DNA of 64,000 nucleotides from Asterias rubens (lineage: Eukaryota). The stretch is taken from the NCBI RefSeq assembly GCF_902459465.1, contig NC_047075.1:248001-312000 (forward strand), given 5' to 3'. A model generated the notes under the pieces. It saw only the letters and a program-made list of their open reading frames with translations. It searched no databases and was not told the origin of the DNA. Shown here in pieces: positions 12,801-24,314 of the stretch. The position numbers were made by a program, and so were the translations under genes. Within the stretch, counting starts at the first letter, position 1. The number at the start of each line of letters is the position of its first letter.

Positions 12801-14802
12801 CTAGATGCTCACAGCTTCATAACATAGTACATCCATTAATTACATCATTAAAAACTGCACCCAATTAAAGCACTGCTAGTGTGATTGATTATATTGTACA
12901 AAATGTACAAGTTTACAATTTTTTAAATCATGATAATACATTGTTATATGGATTTTTGAACTATAATTCAAATAATTTGTAAAATTTAGCTAGAACTCAG
13001 TAACAATCCATTAAATAAACTAAGATTTATAGTTTAATACATATTTGACTTAAAATTTTTTAGCCTCAGCTTGAACTAACTAGCCTCAGTATTATCAATG
13101 TTGCTGTCAATCGGTGCTAATGATGAACCATCAATAGGTACTTACCATAACAAAATGGTATGAAAAAAGCACACAAGCCAAATAGTCTGTTTGGAATACA
13201 CTTACGCTAAGCTTGGATTTAGGCAGCTGAGTTTTAAACCAATTTTTCCGTCTCATACTGAGAGTAAACACAGATGAATGGAACACAAATTGCCAATATT
13301 TGATTCAATACACAGGAACAGTCAATTTCTATAAATCTGTCATATTAACCAATCATTACAAAAACGCTGTAATTTGATCACTAATTATTATTATTATCTT
13401 AGCATGCCAAAATCTACAGCTACAAAAGAAGAAGCATCCCATTATTCACATTACGGTTTAAAACATCTGTACAGAAAGAAAAATCATAAAAACATATGAC
13501 AAATGCTCTAACGGTATGCGTGAAACAACAACATAAAACAAAATAAAATAAACTAAAAATTTAAAAGTTTTATTTCAAAGTAGATTTCAGCCTTAAAAAC
13601 TTATTAAACTCTCCTTCACCAATATTGGACTCTTGGTGGCAGCAGACACCCCTCCATAACCATTTTTGCAAATACCCATTGCGCAAACATAACTTGATCA
13701 CTAGCTAGACCAGCATGCACCATAATCGACTAGTATTCATGATACAGTGTACTACCATGTGTCTGCTCCACCTAGAGTTAAAGATTGATGAAGGATTGTT
13801 GTACAAAATGATTTGCATAAATAACAAAACGGTCCTAAAGTGGTTTTTGTAGCATGTAGCTTGCATGCTGATATTAGTGAGTGCAGTATAGAGCATTAGA
13901 GATGTCCCTATTGTTAAATACATCTTAATTGCACATGGACAAAATAAAATATTTACAGAGTAGTTCCAAGAAAGAGAATGAAAGAAAAACACATCCAATG
14001 TTGAATCGCACGAGTTTACAACTTGCTGTGTTACGACAACATTCATTGAACTTCAGAATAAGTGAAGCCCTTTATGACACCAGTATACAGAGCTGTCAAC
14101 ATTTTGCACCATGCAATCAGAAAGATTTTCAAATTTGTTCTTCAGAACAAAGAAAGATTGGTTAATTTTCAGGGAACTTTCAGCAGAATCAGGTAGTAGT
14201 TCTGCCGTGTTTAGGTTTGTTCACTTTGTACTTGCTACATTTCAAGGAGAACCTCGGAGTAGAGGCATGGAGGTAAATAAACCTACTGGAAATATCAAAA
14301 TGAGTGATGGATTTGTTCTTATAAATAATGTTACATTTATAACTAATTGATTTTTTTTTTTAGGAAATAAAAGAATAATGTCTTGCACTCATATGGCATA
14401 ATGCATATAAACTGATGCAAATTTCAACTAATACATATTCATATGTAAATTTGTTTGAATAATCGAAACAAACCTATAATACTGGGAATGTAGGGACGGG
14501 TTAAAATATGTATTTTTGGACGAAGGACGTTCTGTTTGGGTGATAATTGTAGATTACTTGTTCTGAAACTTTCATTTGTCTCACCACCAGTGTAACAAAG
14601 ACCTACAGTAGAACTAGCCTTAAGTTTTTAATATTAACTCCTCTAAGTTAGGACTAGCCTTAGTAAAGAGTCGTAGGACTAGTTCTAAGTTAGGACTAGC
14701 CTTAAGTTGTTTAATAACTCCTAAAGAGTCCTGAGGACTTTAGTTTTTAATAACTCCTAAAGAGTCGTAGGACTAGTCATAAGTTAGGACTAGCCTTAAG
14801 AA

Positions 14803-17151
14803 TCAAACGTAATCAAACGTAAAGTCGTCTGTAATATCGGAGACAGCGTTCGCAAAGACAACAAACCAGATGATCATGATAATAACTGTGAAAATATAAA
14901 TCATGAGTCCAGATACCAGACCAGCAACGTTCCAATTCTTGGCTGATTTTGAGGCTCTAGCGGCTGCGTTGAAGTCTCGGACTGCGACCAAACTCCGGAC
15001 CTGACAAAAGAGAGGAAAAATGAAGACAACAATAAGAAGAGCTAGTTTCTATGTCATGCATTTTACAATAACTTATCAATGCGCTTAACATAAGTGCCCT
15101 GGTACTCTTGCTCAGCTCCCTGGAGAGCATAAATAATGATAAAGCACCTTACAAAGACGCCAAAAAGCCTCAAATTAAAAGTAGGCCTACAAAGCTACAA
15201 AGAATTTAACTATACAAGTAAAGAAGTTAATTGAAAGAAAACACACATGATAACAAAAAAAAAGGATGTGTACAGCCCATGGCTGCCATAATGCTCCAAA
15301 GGCCTTTTCATGCACAATATCAACCTCTACCCTCGCATGTACCCATTTATACCCCTTGGTGAATAGAAGCAATTACAGTAAAGTATCTTGCTCAAGGACA
15401 CAAGTGACATGACCTGGATTCGAACTAACACTCCGATGACTTAACAATATCAACCTGCACACTCGCAGGACCCATTTATACTCCTGTGTGAAGAGAAGCA
15501 ATTATAGTGGAGTATCTTGCTTAATGACACAGAGTGGTTCGACTTAGAAACAAGTAGAAATAACAGTGGTCCACTTAAGGACACAAGTGACTAGACCGGG
15601 ATGCAAATCCACACTCAGCTGCACCGGAGCTCCAGTCAGCCACAACACACCACGCCACACCAAGCCACTCATTGACCACAGTGAGGACGCTGTTACCCAC
15701 AAAGGTTATTCTAGGCTGTTAGTGCAATCAGCCATTTGCGTGTTAGATTTGAATATTGTCTGGTACAATGACGTGCTTGATCCCTAGTTACCACTTGAAT
15801 TTGAATTCCTCAGACTATCGAGACAGTTGCTATGTTACATGATTAGGGGTAAGCTTACAAGTGCTTTGGTAACGTAAGAGACGGTGAACACCCCTACAAA
15901 TTCTGAATGGATGTGTATGGAACAATGGTACCAGGGTTTACTCCAGGTTGCTATAGAAAAGCTTTCTCCGAACCATTAGACATAGCATCGGTCTCTACAG
16001 TCTGAGGAATTAAAATAAGCGGTCGATATGCCTAAGCAAGGCATCGTACCCGACATTATTCAAATCTAACTCGCTTATTCTGAATGGTGTTTACTTACGT
16101 CCATGGATTTGATGAGAGCAATAATCCCAAATGGCAGACAACACAATAACATGACGAATATTGAGAAGCACAGGTAGTCATTGGGCTCTACTTGGGTTGT
16201 TCGGACCATCGCTGTGTGCTGTGGAGCACCAGTCTGTCAAATCAAATGAGAAAATAGAATTAGCTGTTGAAAACTGCTAAGCTACCAAAAGGAGAAGGAC
16301 TAATGGTATAAATGCAATGCAGTTATGGCCTGGACCCATTTTCATAGAGCTGCTTTAAATAGGCAGACAGTTTTGCTTACCAATTTACTGCTAAGCAGAA
16401 ATGAGCAGGATACCAGTCAAAAATTATACATATACGACAAGATGTTTTAGCTGGTAACCTTAGTCTAGTAAGCATAATCTGTTTGTGCTTAGCTACTTTT
16501 TGTGCTTAAGCAGCTCTATGAAATTGGGCCAGTGAGTTTTTAACCAACAAAGGCTACTACTGTTGCTACTTGTAGATGCTACGGACATTACACTTTAATG
16601 ATGTGGAAATCTAAGCTCATCTAATCTAAGTACAAAATGTTGCTAAGCACAACAAGATTATACTTTATACTTGAATAAGGATACCAGCCAATGTCACATG
16701 TGAAATTTCTGACTGGTATCCTGCTCATTTTTGCTTAGCAGAAAAATAGTTTTCTGAATAATCAACCTTATAAAATTTGGCCCTGGCCTAAGTAGGTAAT
16801 CAACAGCTAGGAACACTGGGTGCAAGACTAAGACAATGAGTAACTTTACCTTAATAGTAACTTGTCCTTGTGGTGTATACACAGCTTGGGGGACGTAGGT
16901 CTGAGTAGCGTACCCCTGAGGTTGCTGCTGAGGGTGTCCTTGAGGTTGCTGCTGAGGGTATCCTCGAGGTTGCTGTTGAGGGTAGCCCTGCTGGGGTGTA
17001 TAACCCTGATGCCCATATCCCTGCTGTGGAGGGTAGCCTTGATCCTGTTGGGCATAGGCTTGAGGGGCGTACCCTGGAGGTTGTGGGTAGCCCTGTGGGT
17101 TGACATCTTGGGCGTAGGGGGCAGTGGGTTGTTCTGGTGGGTACGCTGGGT
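14803..17151 (-). CDS. CD225/dispanin family protein B (tandem paralog of A); start exon not firmly identified
   Basis: Exons: 17151-16850 (phase 1 start; PAYPPEQPTAPYAQ...GYPQQQP repeats...QVTIK), 16233-16099 (EPNDYLCFSIFVMLLCCLPFGIIALIKSMD), 15000-14803 (VRSLVAVRDFNAAARASKSAKNWNVAGLVSG...FDYV, TGA). GT-AG introns, phases 0/0, same positions in the CD225 domain as in paralog A. Confidence 0.9.
15100..15445 (-). mobile_element. tRNA-derived SINE, degraded; a second decayed piece follows to about 15640
   Basis: Minus strand reads gttcgaatcc (B-box) followed by cacttgtgtccttgagcaagatactttac, the same body start as the copy at 48988. Confidence 0.6.
16331..16532. mobile_element. MITE, GGGCCCAATTTCATAGAGCTGC family, in an intron of dispanin B
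   Basis: Ends tggacccattttcatagagctgc ... gcagctctatgaaattgggcca. Confidence 0.78.
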
Positions 17152-17981
17152 CTGTAAGGAAGTGGAATTGATACTACTATTATATATTTCTAGTAATGAA
17201 ACCAATGATATCTCTTCAGTAAACTTCATCACTGTAGCTCGCAAGCCTGAGGAAACATGTAAACAAGGGTTGCTATGTGAAACAATAACAATATCAAAGT
17301 CTCATATAGCGCACGTATCTACCAAACAAGGTACTCAAGGTGCTGAGTATATATACAAACTTTCTTCAGATAACTTCCTACAAAAGAGCTAAAAAACATG
17401 GACTATGGCTCCCACTCCCACCACCCCACTGGAAAGCAATTAGCTCCTTCCCCATGAAACAAATCATGCCTTGAGCAGGCCTTTAAATCCCCCACGGCAC
17501 CAAAAGCAATTGCAAGGTACACTCCTCATCTAGACTCCCGCCCTTACCAGAGATAAACTGAGTATGATTCTTCAAAGCGAAGTTCAAGGCCTCCCCAAGC
17601 TGTGAATGTACTTGATTGTAGCATGGAGGCAGGCCATGATTGTAGCATGGAGACAGGCCATGATGGTAGGGAATGTAATTTATTCACGAAAACTACTCAG
17701 ATCTTTCATGTACTTCAATTTAGCCTTGACAGTGTGACACAGCACATCCCATGCATTTTATGTGTGGGTAGTGTATTGTAAAACCCATGGAGTGATGGAT
17801 GTCAGTGATACATGCAATGATGTTCGTCAACCATGGAGGTATGACTTCATGATCAAACCAAACCAGACCACATTGCATAGCTTTATAACCGGAATATTGA
17901 TGCACATCTTTGTATAAAACAGAGCTTTCTAATAAAATCAAACACCAATTTTCATTGTGACTAAAATATGACCAGCATGAT

Positions 17982-18345
17982 TTAAAGCCATTGGACACTT
18001 TCGTTAAACAGTATTGTCCAAGGCCCACACTTTGTGTATCACAACTTAATATAAAATAACAAACCTGTGAAAATTTAGGCTTAATCGGTCATCGGAGTCA
18101 GGAGAAAATAACAGGAAAACCCACCCTTGATTCCGCACGTTTCGCTGTGTCATGACATGTGTTTACATGGTGACATGACAATTGTTTCAATGTTTTCTCA
18201 AAAAGTAAAGCATTTCATGGAATAATATTTCAAGAGAAGTCTTTCACCACTACCTTCTGTAAACCCTGTATGTAAGTTATTTGTAAACTTGTGAACTTTT
18301 ATTTTTTGTTTCTGTTCCGAAAGTGTAGGCCTATAATAGCTTTAA
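17982..18345 (+). mobile_element. MITE with TIR TTAAAGCCATTGGACACTTTCG
   Basis: About 365 bp; the same element occurs in opposite orientation at 61215-61582. Confidence 0.8.
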
Positions 18346-18794
18346 AGGGTATATTCTTGATAAAATTTACTTATTGTACTCCCCAAAATAATGAGCATAT
18401 TAGTAAAGAGCACTGGAGAGCTGTTCTTCCTCCATGATAGTATAAAGCATTGGAAGAAATTTTCCTGTTAAGTAATGAAGTTTAAGAGAAGAGGCATTCC
18501 CCCCCCCCAACATTTGAATCTGAGAAAGGCTTTGAGCATGAAGCCTAGCATCTGAAAGCAAAAAATTATATGCAACAAGTAAAGGGTGCTTTTCCCATCG
18601 TTAATTTCTTACAACTTCAATAACTATGAGCAGAAATGTTCACATTGTTGCTATTTTATGCAAGTGTTGGGTTTTGGGATACACCATGTGATATTGATGG
18701 TCTTCAATATTGTCTTCGACAATCACCCAAAGGATATCCATAATCCTGCCTTTTTGTTTCCTATACAAAAACACTTGACACATGAAACATTCTC

Positions 18795-19192
18795 TTAAAG
18801 GAACACGTTGCCTTGGATCGGACGAGTTGGTCTATAAAAAACGTTTGGAACTGTTTTTTTATAAAAATTTTTATGCATATGGTTGGAAAGATGTTTTAAA
18901 AGTAGAATACAATGATCCACACAAATATGCCTCAAAATTGCGTGGTTTTCCTTTTACTGTGCGAACTAACATGGTCGGCCATTTATGGGAGTCAAAAATT
19001 TGACTCCCATAAATGGCCGACCGTGTTTGTCGACGAGGTAAAAGGAAAACCGTGCAATTTTGAGGCATGTTTGTGTGGATCATTATATTCTACTTTTACA
19101 ACATCTTTCTACCCATATGCATTTTATAACAAACGGTTACAAATGCTTTTCAAAGACCAACTCGACCGATCCAAGGCAACGTGTTCCTTTAA
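18795..19192. mobile_element. Palindromic MITE with TIR TTAAAGGAACACGTTGCCTTGGATCGG
   Basis: Perfect terminal inverted repeats; interior also self-complementary around ggccatttatgggagtcaaaaatttgactcccataaatggcc. Confidence 0.85.
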
Positions 19193-20789
19193 TAACAACA
19201 TTACAAGCGATCCTCTGACAGTATCCACTTCAATTCCAAACACTTCCTCCCAGTCTCACTAAACCAACCCCCACACTCACATGTGGAAAACAACATGCTG
19301 AAATTTTGGAAATCAACAAAATTGAATTTTAGCTGCTGCAAATTGTTGAGAATTGCAAGAAAATAATTTTAAGGCCTGACGTTGGACCGTAGCAGAGTCT
19401 TTCTCCAATAAATGCTCCAGAAGTTCTTTAAAACATTAAAAAATAAATAAATAAACTAAACTAAAATAAATTATTTGTGTTAAATGTAGGTAGACAAATT
19501 CATGTGTATACTCTGTTAATGATGAACCACTCTTTAAAAGCCCCCCAAAAAAGAACAAAACAAATTTTGCAGCATTTTATTTTAAACTCTCTGCGACTTA
19601 TTTTTGCACAAATTACTGCTAATGCGAGCCCTAATTGTTATTATAAAACATTGATAAATTGACAGATAAATTTGTTACGGCTACATATCCGACCTTTACA
19701 ATAGAGTAGTTGATGCGCATATCTTTTAAATCTGATTTTGCTCTTTAGGCATACGTACGGTACGATATAGCCAGCAATCTTCTCTTTATTTATGATGCAT
19801 TCCCTTCACATAACAAAATAGCTCATGACAGCAGGCACAATCCTTCACACGGAACATTCCATTACGCTTAGAGAGGGGTTATTAGTGTTCATCCGGAGGG
19901 GACAAGCCTTTCTCAGGAAGTGAATGCGTGTGATGTGTAGTGAAGTGTAGAATGTAAAGCCAGTAGCAATGGCCCACTAGGTGTTGTTTGTACAAGATAG
20001 CCTCTAATGGCTGCGTGATACACAGGTTTTTATCAATTAACAACACTGGCCATGTAGAAATATAATCATGGGACTTGTCTTAAAAACATCAATAAATTAT
20101 CAGGGGGAAATTGTGAAACTAACCATCAGTTTATGTTGAGTTATGTACCAATATTTTGTAATAAAACAGCATTGGCCACTTAACAAAATAATTATGGGCC
20201 ATCAAAACTGGCGATTAATTAATTAATTGATTAATCATATTACCAACATGTTTATCAAGTAAAAGGCTACTTAAACAATATTCAATGGGAATGGGTCATG
20301 TCAAGTTGTACCAATATTTTAACAAATTATTGAAAACAATTAACAATGTGTCAGACCTGTCAAGACAGGCAATTAAAAAAATTAATCATGGGTTAGGTCC
20401 TATGTCACATATATTTGATCTATTAATAATGTTGGTCACTTAAACAAATAATAATGGATCAAGTGAAGGCATGAATTTGTTATCAAACATAATTGTTTTT
20501 CAATTCTTACACTTTCTGTAAAGCATTTTTCAAGTCAATTTCTTTGCGTACATTTTGACTCCCAATATGGCAGACAGTATTGGCACATGAACTGCGTGCG
20601 CTGCGTGAGTGTGCATCGAGTGTGTTACATAAAATGTATCACTTGCTATTAAAAACTCAAACATAAAACACTGTCAAAACAAAATTTTGAAAATGATTTG
20701 GTGTTGAAAAAAGACAATTTACTAGAGCAGAATTTGACCAACTGAGCTATCTAACCCTATGATAGCGGTCTCCCTATTTTGACACTATC

Positions 20790-21125
20790 TTTGTACTTGG
20801 GTGCCGTCAGAAGCCATTTATCATAAACTGCTGTGTAGCAAGGGATCACACCCAAGTTTATACAACCTGGGAAGTGGCAGCCAGGGGATCACCTCAAGAG
20901 GATGCGACGAAATTAATGATTTAGCATTGATGTAATTGCTCCAAGGTCAGAGAATTTTGTCAGTACTTTGTTTAGGGGTGCCAGTCAGAAGCCATAACTG
21001 CTGCATAACCAGGGATCACACCCAAGTTTACTATACAACGTGTGAAGCAGTAGCCAGGGGATCAACTCAAGGGGATGCGACTAAATTAACGATTTAGCAT
21101 TGATGTAATTGCTCCAAGGCCAAAG
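20790..21125. repeat. Diverged two-copy tandem (about 175 bp) of an interspersed-repeat segment
   Basis: gggtgcc(a)gtcagaagccat...agggatcacacccaagttt...ggatgcgac...atttagcattgatgtaattgctccaagg occurs at about 20799 and 20976. Confidence 0.7.
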
Positions 21126-22245
21126 CGTTTGCTCAATGTTCAATAGCCATCGTTGACATGATGAAGCGATTCCGTCTTGACCAACCGCCATGAGTGACCA
21201 GGATGACCAATAAACAAGTGACCTCCAGAGAGCATGAGTTTTGCAAGAATCTTGACTTCCGGGCACCTCGAATAGTAGCTTGACAGCATTAGCTGCTATG
21301 ATTGTAAGCCTCGATCCTCCCGATGGCAGATCGAGGGTTTTAATCATCGCACACCTAACTAAGTACCACTGACTACAGCATGTATTGTGGCAAGTGATTT
21401 ATAACAGAACTTGTATCTTAGATTCTTGTCATGCCTGGGATTTCATCTTTGAGAGGGCACAGGCATTTTCATTTTGCAAAGGGCACTTTCCTGAAAAAAA
21501 TCTAAAAGTCTGTAGAAAGGTTATAATTTCAAAGGGGCACCAAGGCCAAGACCAGGGCAACAGAGGCCATGGTCTCCATGAAATTCCAGGGCTGCCTTGG
21601 GATGTTTTATCCATTAAGTCAGTATAGTTTGACTTCTTAACAGTAACTTGATGTTGAATTTGCAATGTATTAAGTTTTGTCAATCTTGTAACTTTATTGA
21701 CCTTAATTGACTTTATTTGACCTTAATTTCTGCTTCATATTCTTTTCACCATAAAAAATAAAGACTTAAATTTAAAGCAATACATTGACTTGCATTTTCC
21801 TACTGGAGCCTAGCCCCACTTGTGTGGCCAAGGATAGCTGAATCATAGCCACACAAGTGGGGCTAACTCAAGCCCACAGCCATGCCAGCCAAGGAAAAAA
21901 GGGGTAATATTTCTGTTTAAATAAAAACAAAATGAGTAGGCTAGCTAGGCCTACACAACATGAACACTCACTGCCCTCACTTCATGTATAGCCCCACTTG
22001 TGTGGCCAGGCCAAGACTAGCCTTACCTTGGCCACACAAGTGGGGCTAACTTCAGTACAGAACACTGGCTCATTGGCTGAGATTTGAGAACACCACAGAC
22101 AGTCTAGTAAATCAAGAAGATGAAGAAGACAGAGCCTAGTGTATGTGTGAACTCCAAATTGTCATAAGCAACTAATAGTTCAAAATCAAATTGAACCAGC
22201 AAGTCACACTGCTCTGCTGCTCCTCTGCCCATACCCAATGCTTAC

Positions 22246-22270
22246 CCATCCCAATTCTCACAGAAGGCAT
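22246..22270 (-). CDS. Candidate start exon of dispanin B (MPSVRIGM+G, or just M+G giving MDPAYPP)
   Basis: ATGCCTTCTGTGAGAATTGGGATGG|GTAAGC is a consensus donor in the phase 1 needed by the 17151 exon. An alternative candidate is ATGTTGTTTTCCACAT|GTGAGT near 19265-19280. No way to choose without RNA data. Confidence 0.35.
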
Positions 22271-23984
22271 CTGTCAATCATTGTCAAGTGTTACTGTCAG
22301 TCACTGCTGATCCAAAATCCATCGTAGACTAGTATTTATTAGTAAGTAGTAGTAGATCCTACATTTTAAATGATTTATATCAGTTGTAAAACTAAAGTGG
22401 CGATAATGACACAAAGAACACATAATAACCAATAATACATGAGCATTTACATACCTTTATATTCACTCATACTGCATGAAGTCACCACAACTCAGAGAAT
22501 TCTTGAAGATCGACCAAGTCAGTACCACTCGTTTACCCGTTCTTCAAGATGCTGTGTTGTTTTCTATTTTATTTACGCCCAATTGTGCTCTTTTGTATAT
22601 TCCCAGGGCGTTGCTGTGTGTGAGAAAAATAACGGAGCCCAAGGCTTTGGCGATTGGGCGATTCATAAACATCGCCAAGAGAGGGCGCCCCAACAGGCAA
22701 AGACGGGTACGGGTGTGCGCATCACACATAGTAACCAACATGCTGATGCTAAAATTAATTTAAAACAAATACTTTTTACAAATTTAAAAGTCTCTGAGCC
22801 TCTGTGAAACAAATCAGATTATTTTTCCAACAACTAAACTTCATTTTTATTTTCACAATTTAGTAGGTAAGCCGTAAAAACACCGCCATAAACTAAACCC
22901 AACCCAAACGACTAGAACTCCAGACTTCATCAAATTGACCCTACAGCTTTTAGAAAAATTGGGCCATTTTAAAGGGATGGTACACGTTTGGTAATTACTA
23001 AAAACAAATATTAATTTAAAAACTGACTTGGTATACTGATAGTAGAACACATTGTGGGAAACGGCTCCCTCTGAAGTAGCATACATTTTTTGAAATAGGT
23101 AATTTCTCAATAAAATAATAAAAGACTTCTAGCTAGAAGTAGCTAGAAGTCTTTTATTCCTATCTGAAAGCACACAAATTATTTTGTCCAATAAGGGTGT
23201 TTTTCTTTCATCATTTTCTCGCAACTTCGATGACCAATTGAGCCCAAAAATGTTCACAGGCTTGTTATTTATGCTTATGATGGGATACACCAAGTGAGAA
23301 CACAGGTCTTTGACAATTACCAATAGTGTACAGTGCCTTTAGAGGGCCAGGTCACCCCAACATGAAGTCAACAACCCTAATTGCACAATACTAGAACATT
23401 TTTTTTTCAACAACCCGTACAACCAAATCTCGGCTCCACACGTGAAGTTCTCTCTCAGGTGCACGGCGGAAAGTTGAAACCGCCACACCGGATTGACACG
23501 CTTATGAATGCAATAGAAAGTAAAATAGCTGTTTACAACTTGAGGACATGGATTTTTTTTACATACAGACGACAACACCATGTCCTGCTGACATCTTTCC
23601 GATTGCTCTACGGCCCCAGCGTATTGTTGATCACATAGTAACACAAAATAGTGTTTATTCTTTAGAGAACTTCATACAAACTTGTAAATACCTGCAAACA
23701 ACGGTCGATCTAGGGACCAAGTGAATTGGATTTAATTGTTGGAGTTCGAGATTGGTTTTTTCATTTCAACACAATTCAGTGGATGAATCGAATTGGCACA
23801 GTGAGTTTTAATTTGTTTATTTAATTGCCATTTTTATTTCTTTTTATTTTACACTTCTTTCCTGGAGACAAGCAGAATTCTGTTCCAAACGTCGAGGTTC
23901 GAACCGGCTCTTTCCAGAGCACACTCCCTCAAAAGAGATTTAATTAATACAATGGTTGTACCCGACACACCCGCCAGTTTACTA

Positions 23985-24200
23985 TTTTGGTTACGTTCGT
24001 GTGGATTTTGTTTACGTTCACTTGTAGTTTGTTTACGTTCATGTGGATTAGGTGTACGTTCATGTGGATTTTGTTTACGTTCATGTGGATTGTGTTTACG
24101 TTCATATGGATTGTGTTTACGTCCATGTGGATTGTGTTTACGTTCATGTGAATTTTGTTTACGTTGGGTGTTTGTTTGTTTGGTTGATTGATTGATTGAC

Positions 24201-24231
<31 letters not shown>

Positions 24232-24270
24232 CTGATTGATGGATTGACTGATTGGGTTTGTTTGTTTGTT
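23985..24270. repeat. 21-bp minisatellite followed by (GATT)n and (TTTG)n microsatellites, just before the acceptor of MS4A-like 1
   Basis: About 8 units of ttgtttacgttcatgtggatt, then about 17 gatt units. Confidence 0.9.
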
Positions 24271-24314
24271 TTTACAGGTGACCTGATTGGTTGTATTGTA
24301 AGACTGTAGCAGTG

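Noticed and set aside
16846-17392. ORFs 16862-17392 (+) and 16846-17244 (-)
   Set aside because: Shadow frames of the repetitive P/Q/Y exon of dispanin B; the spliced frame has proper splice sites and continues into the CD225 domain.
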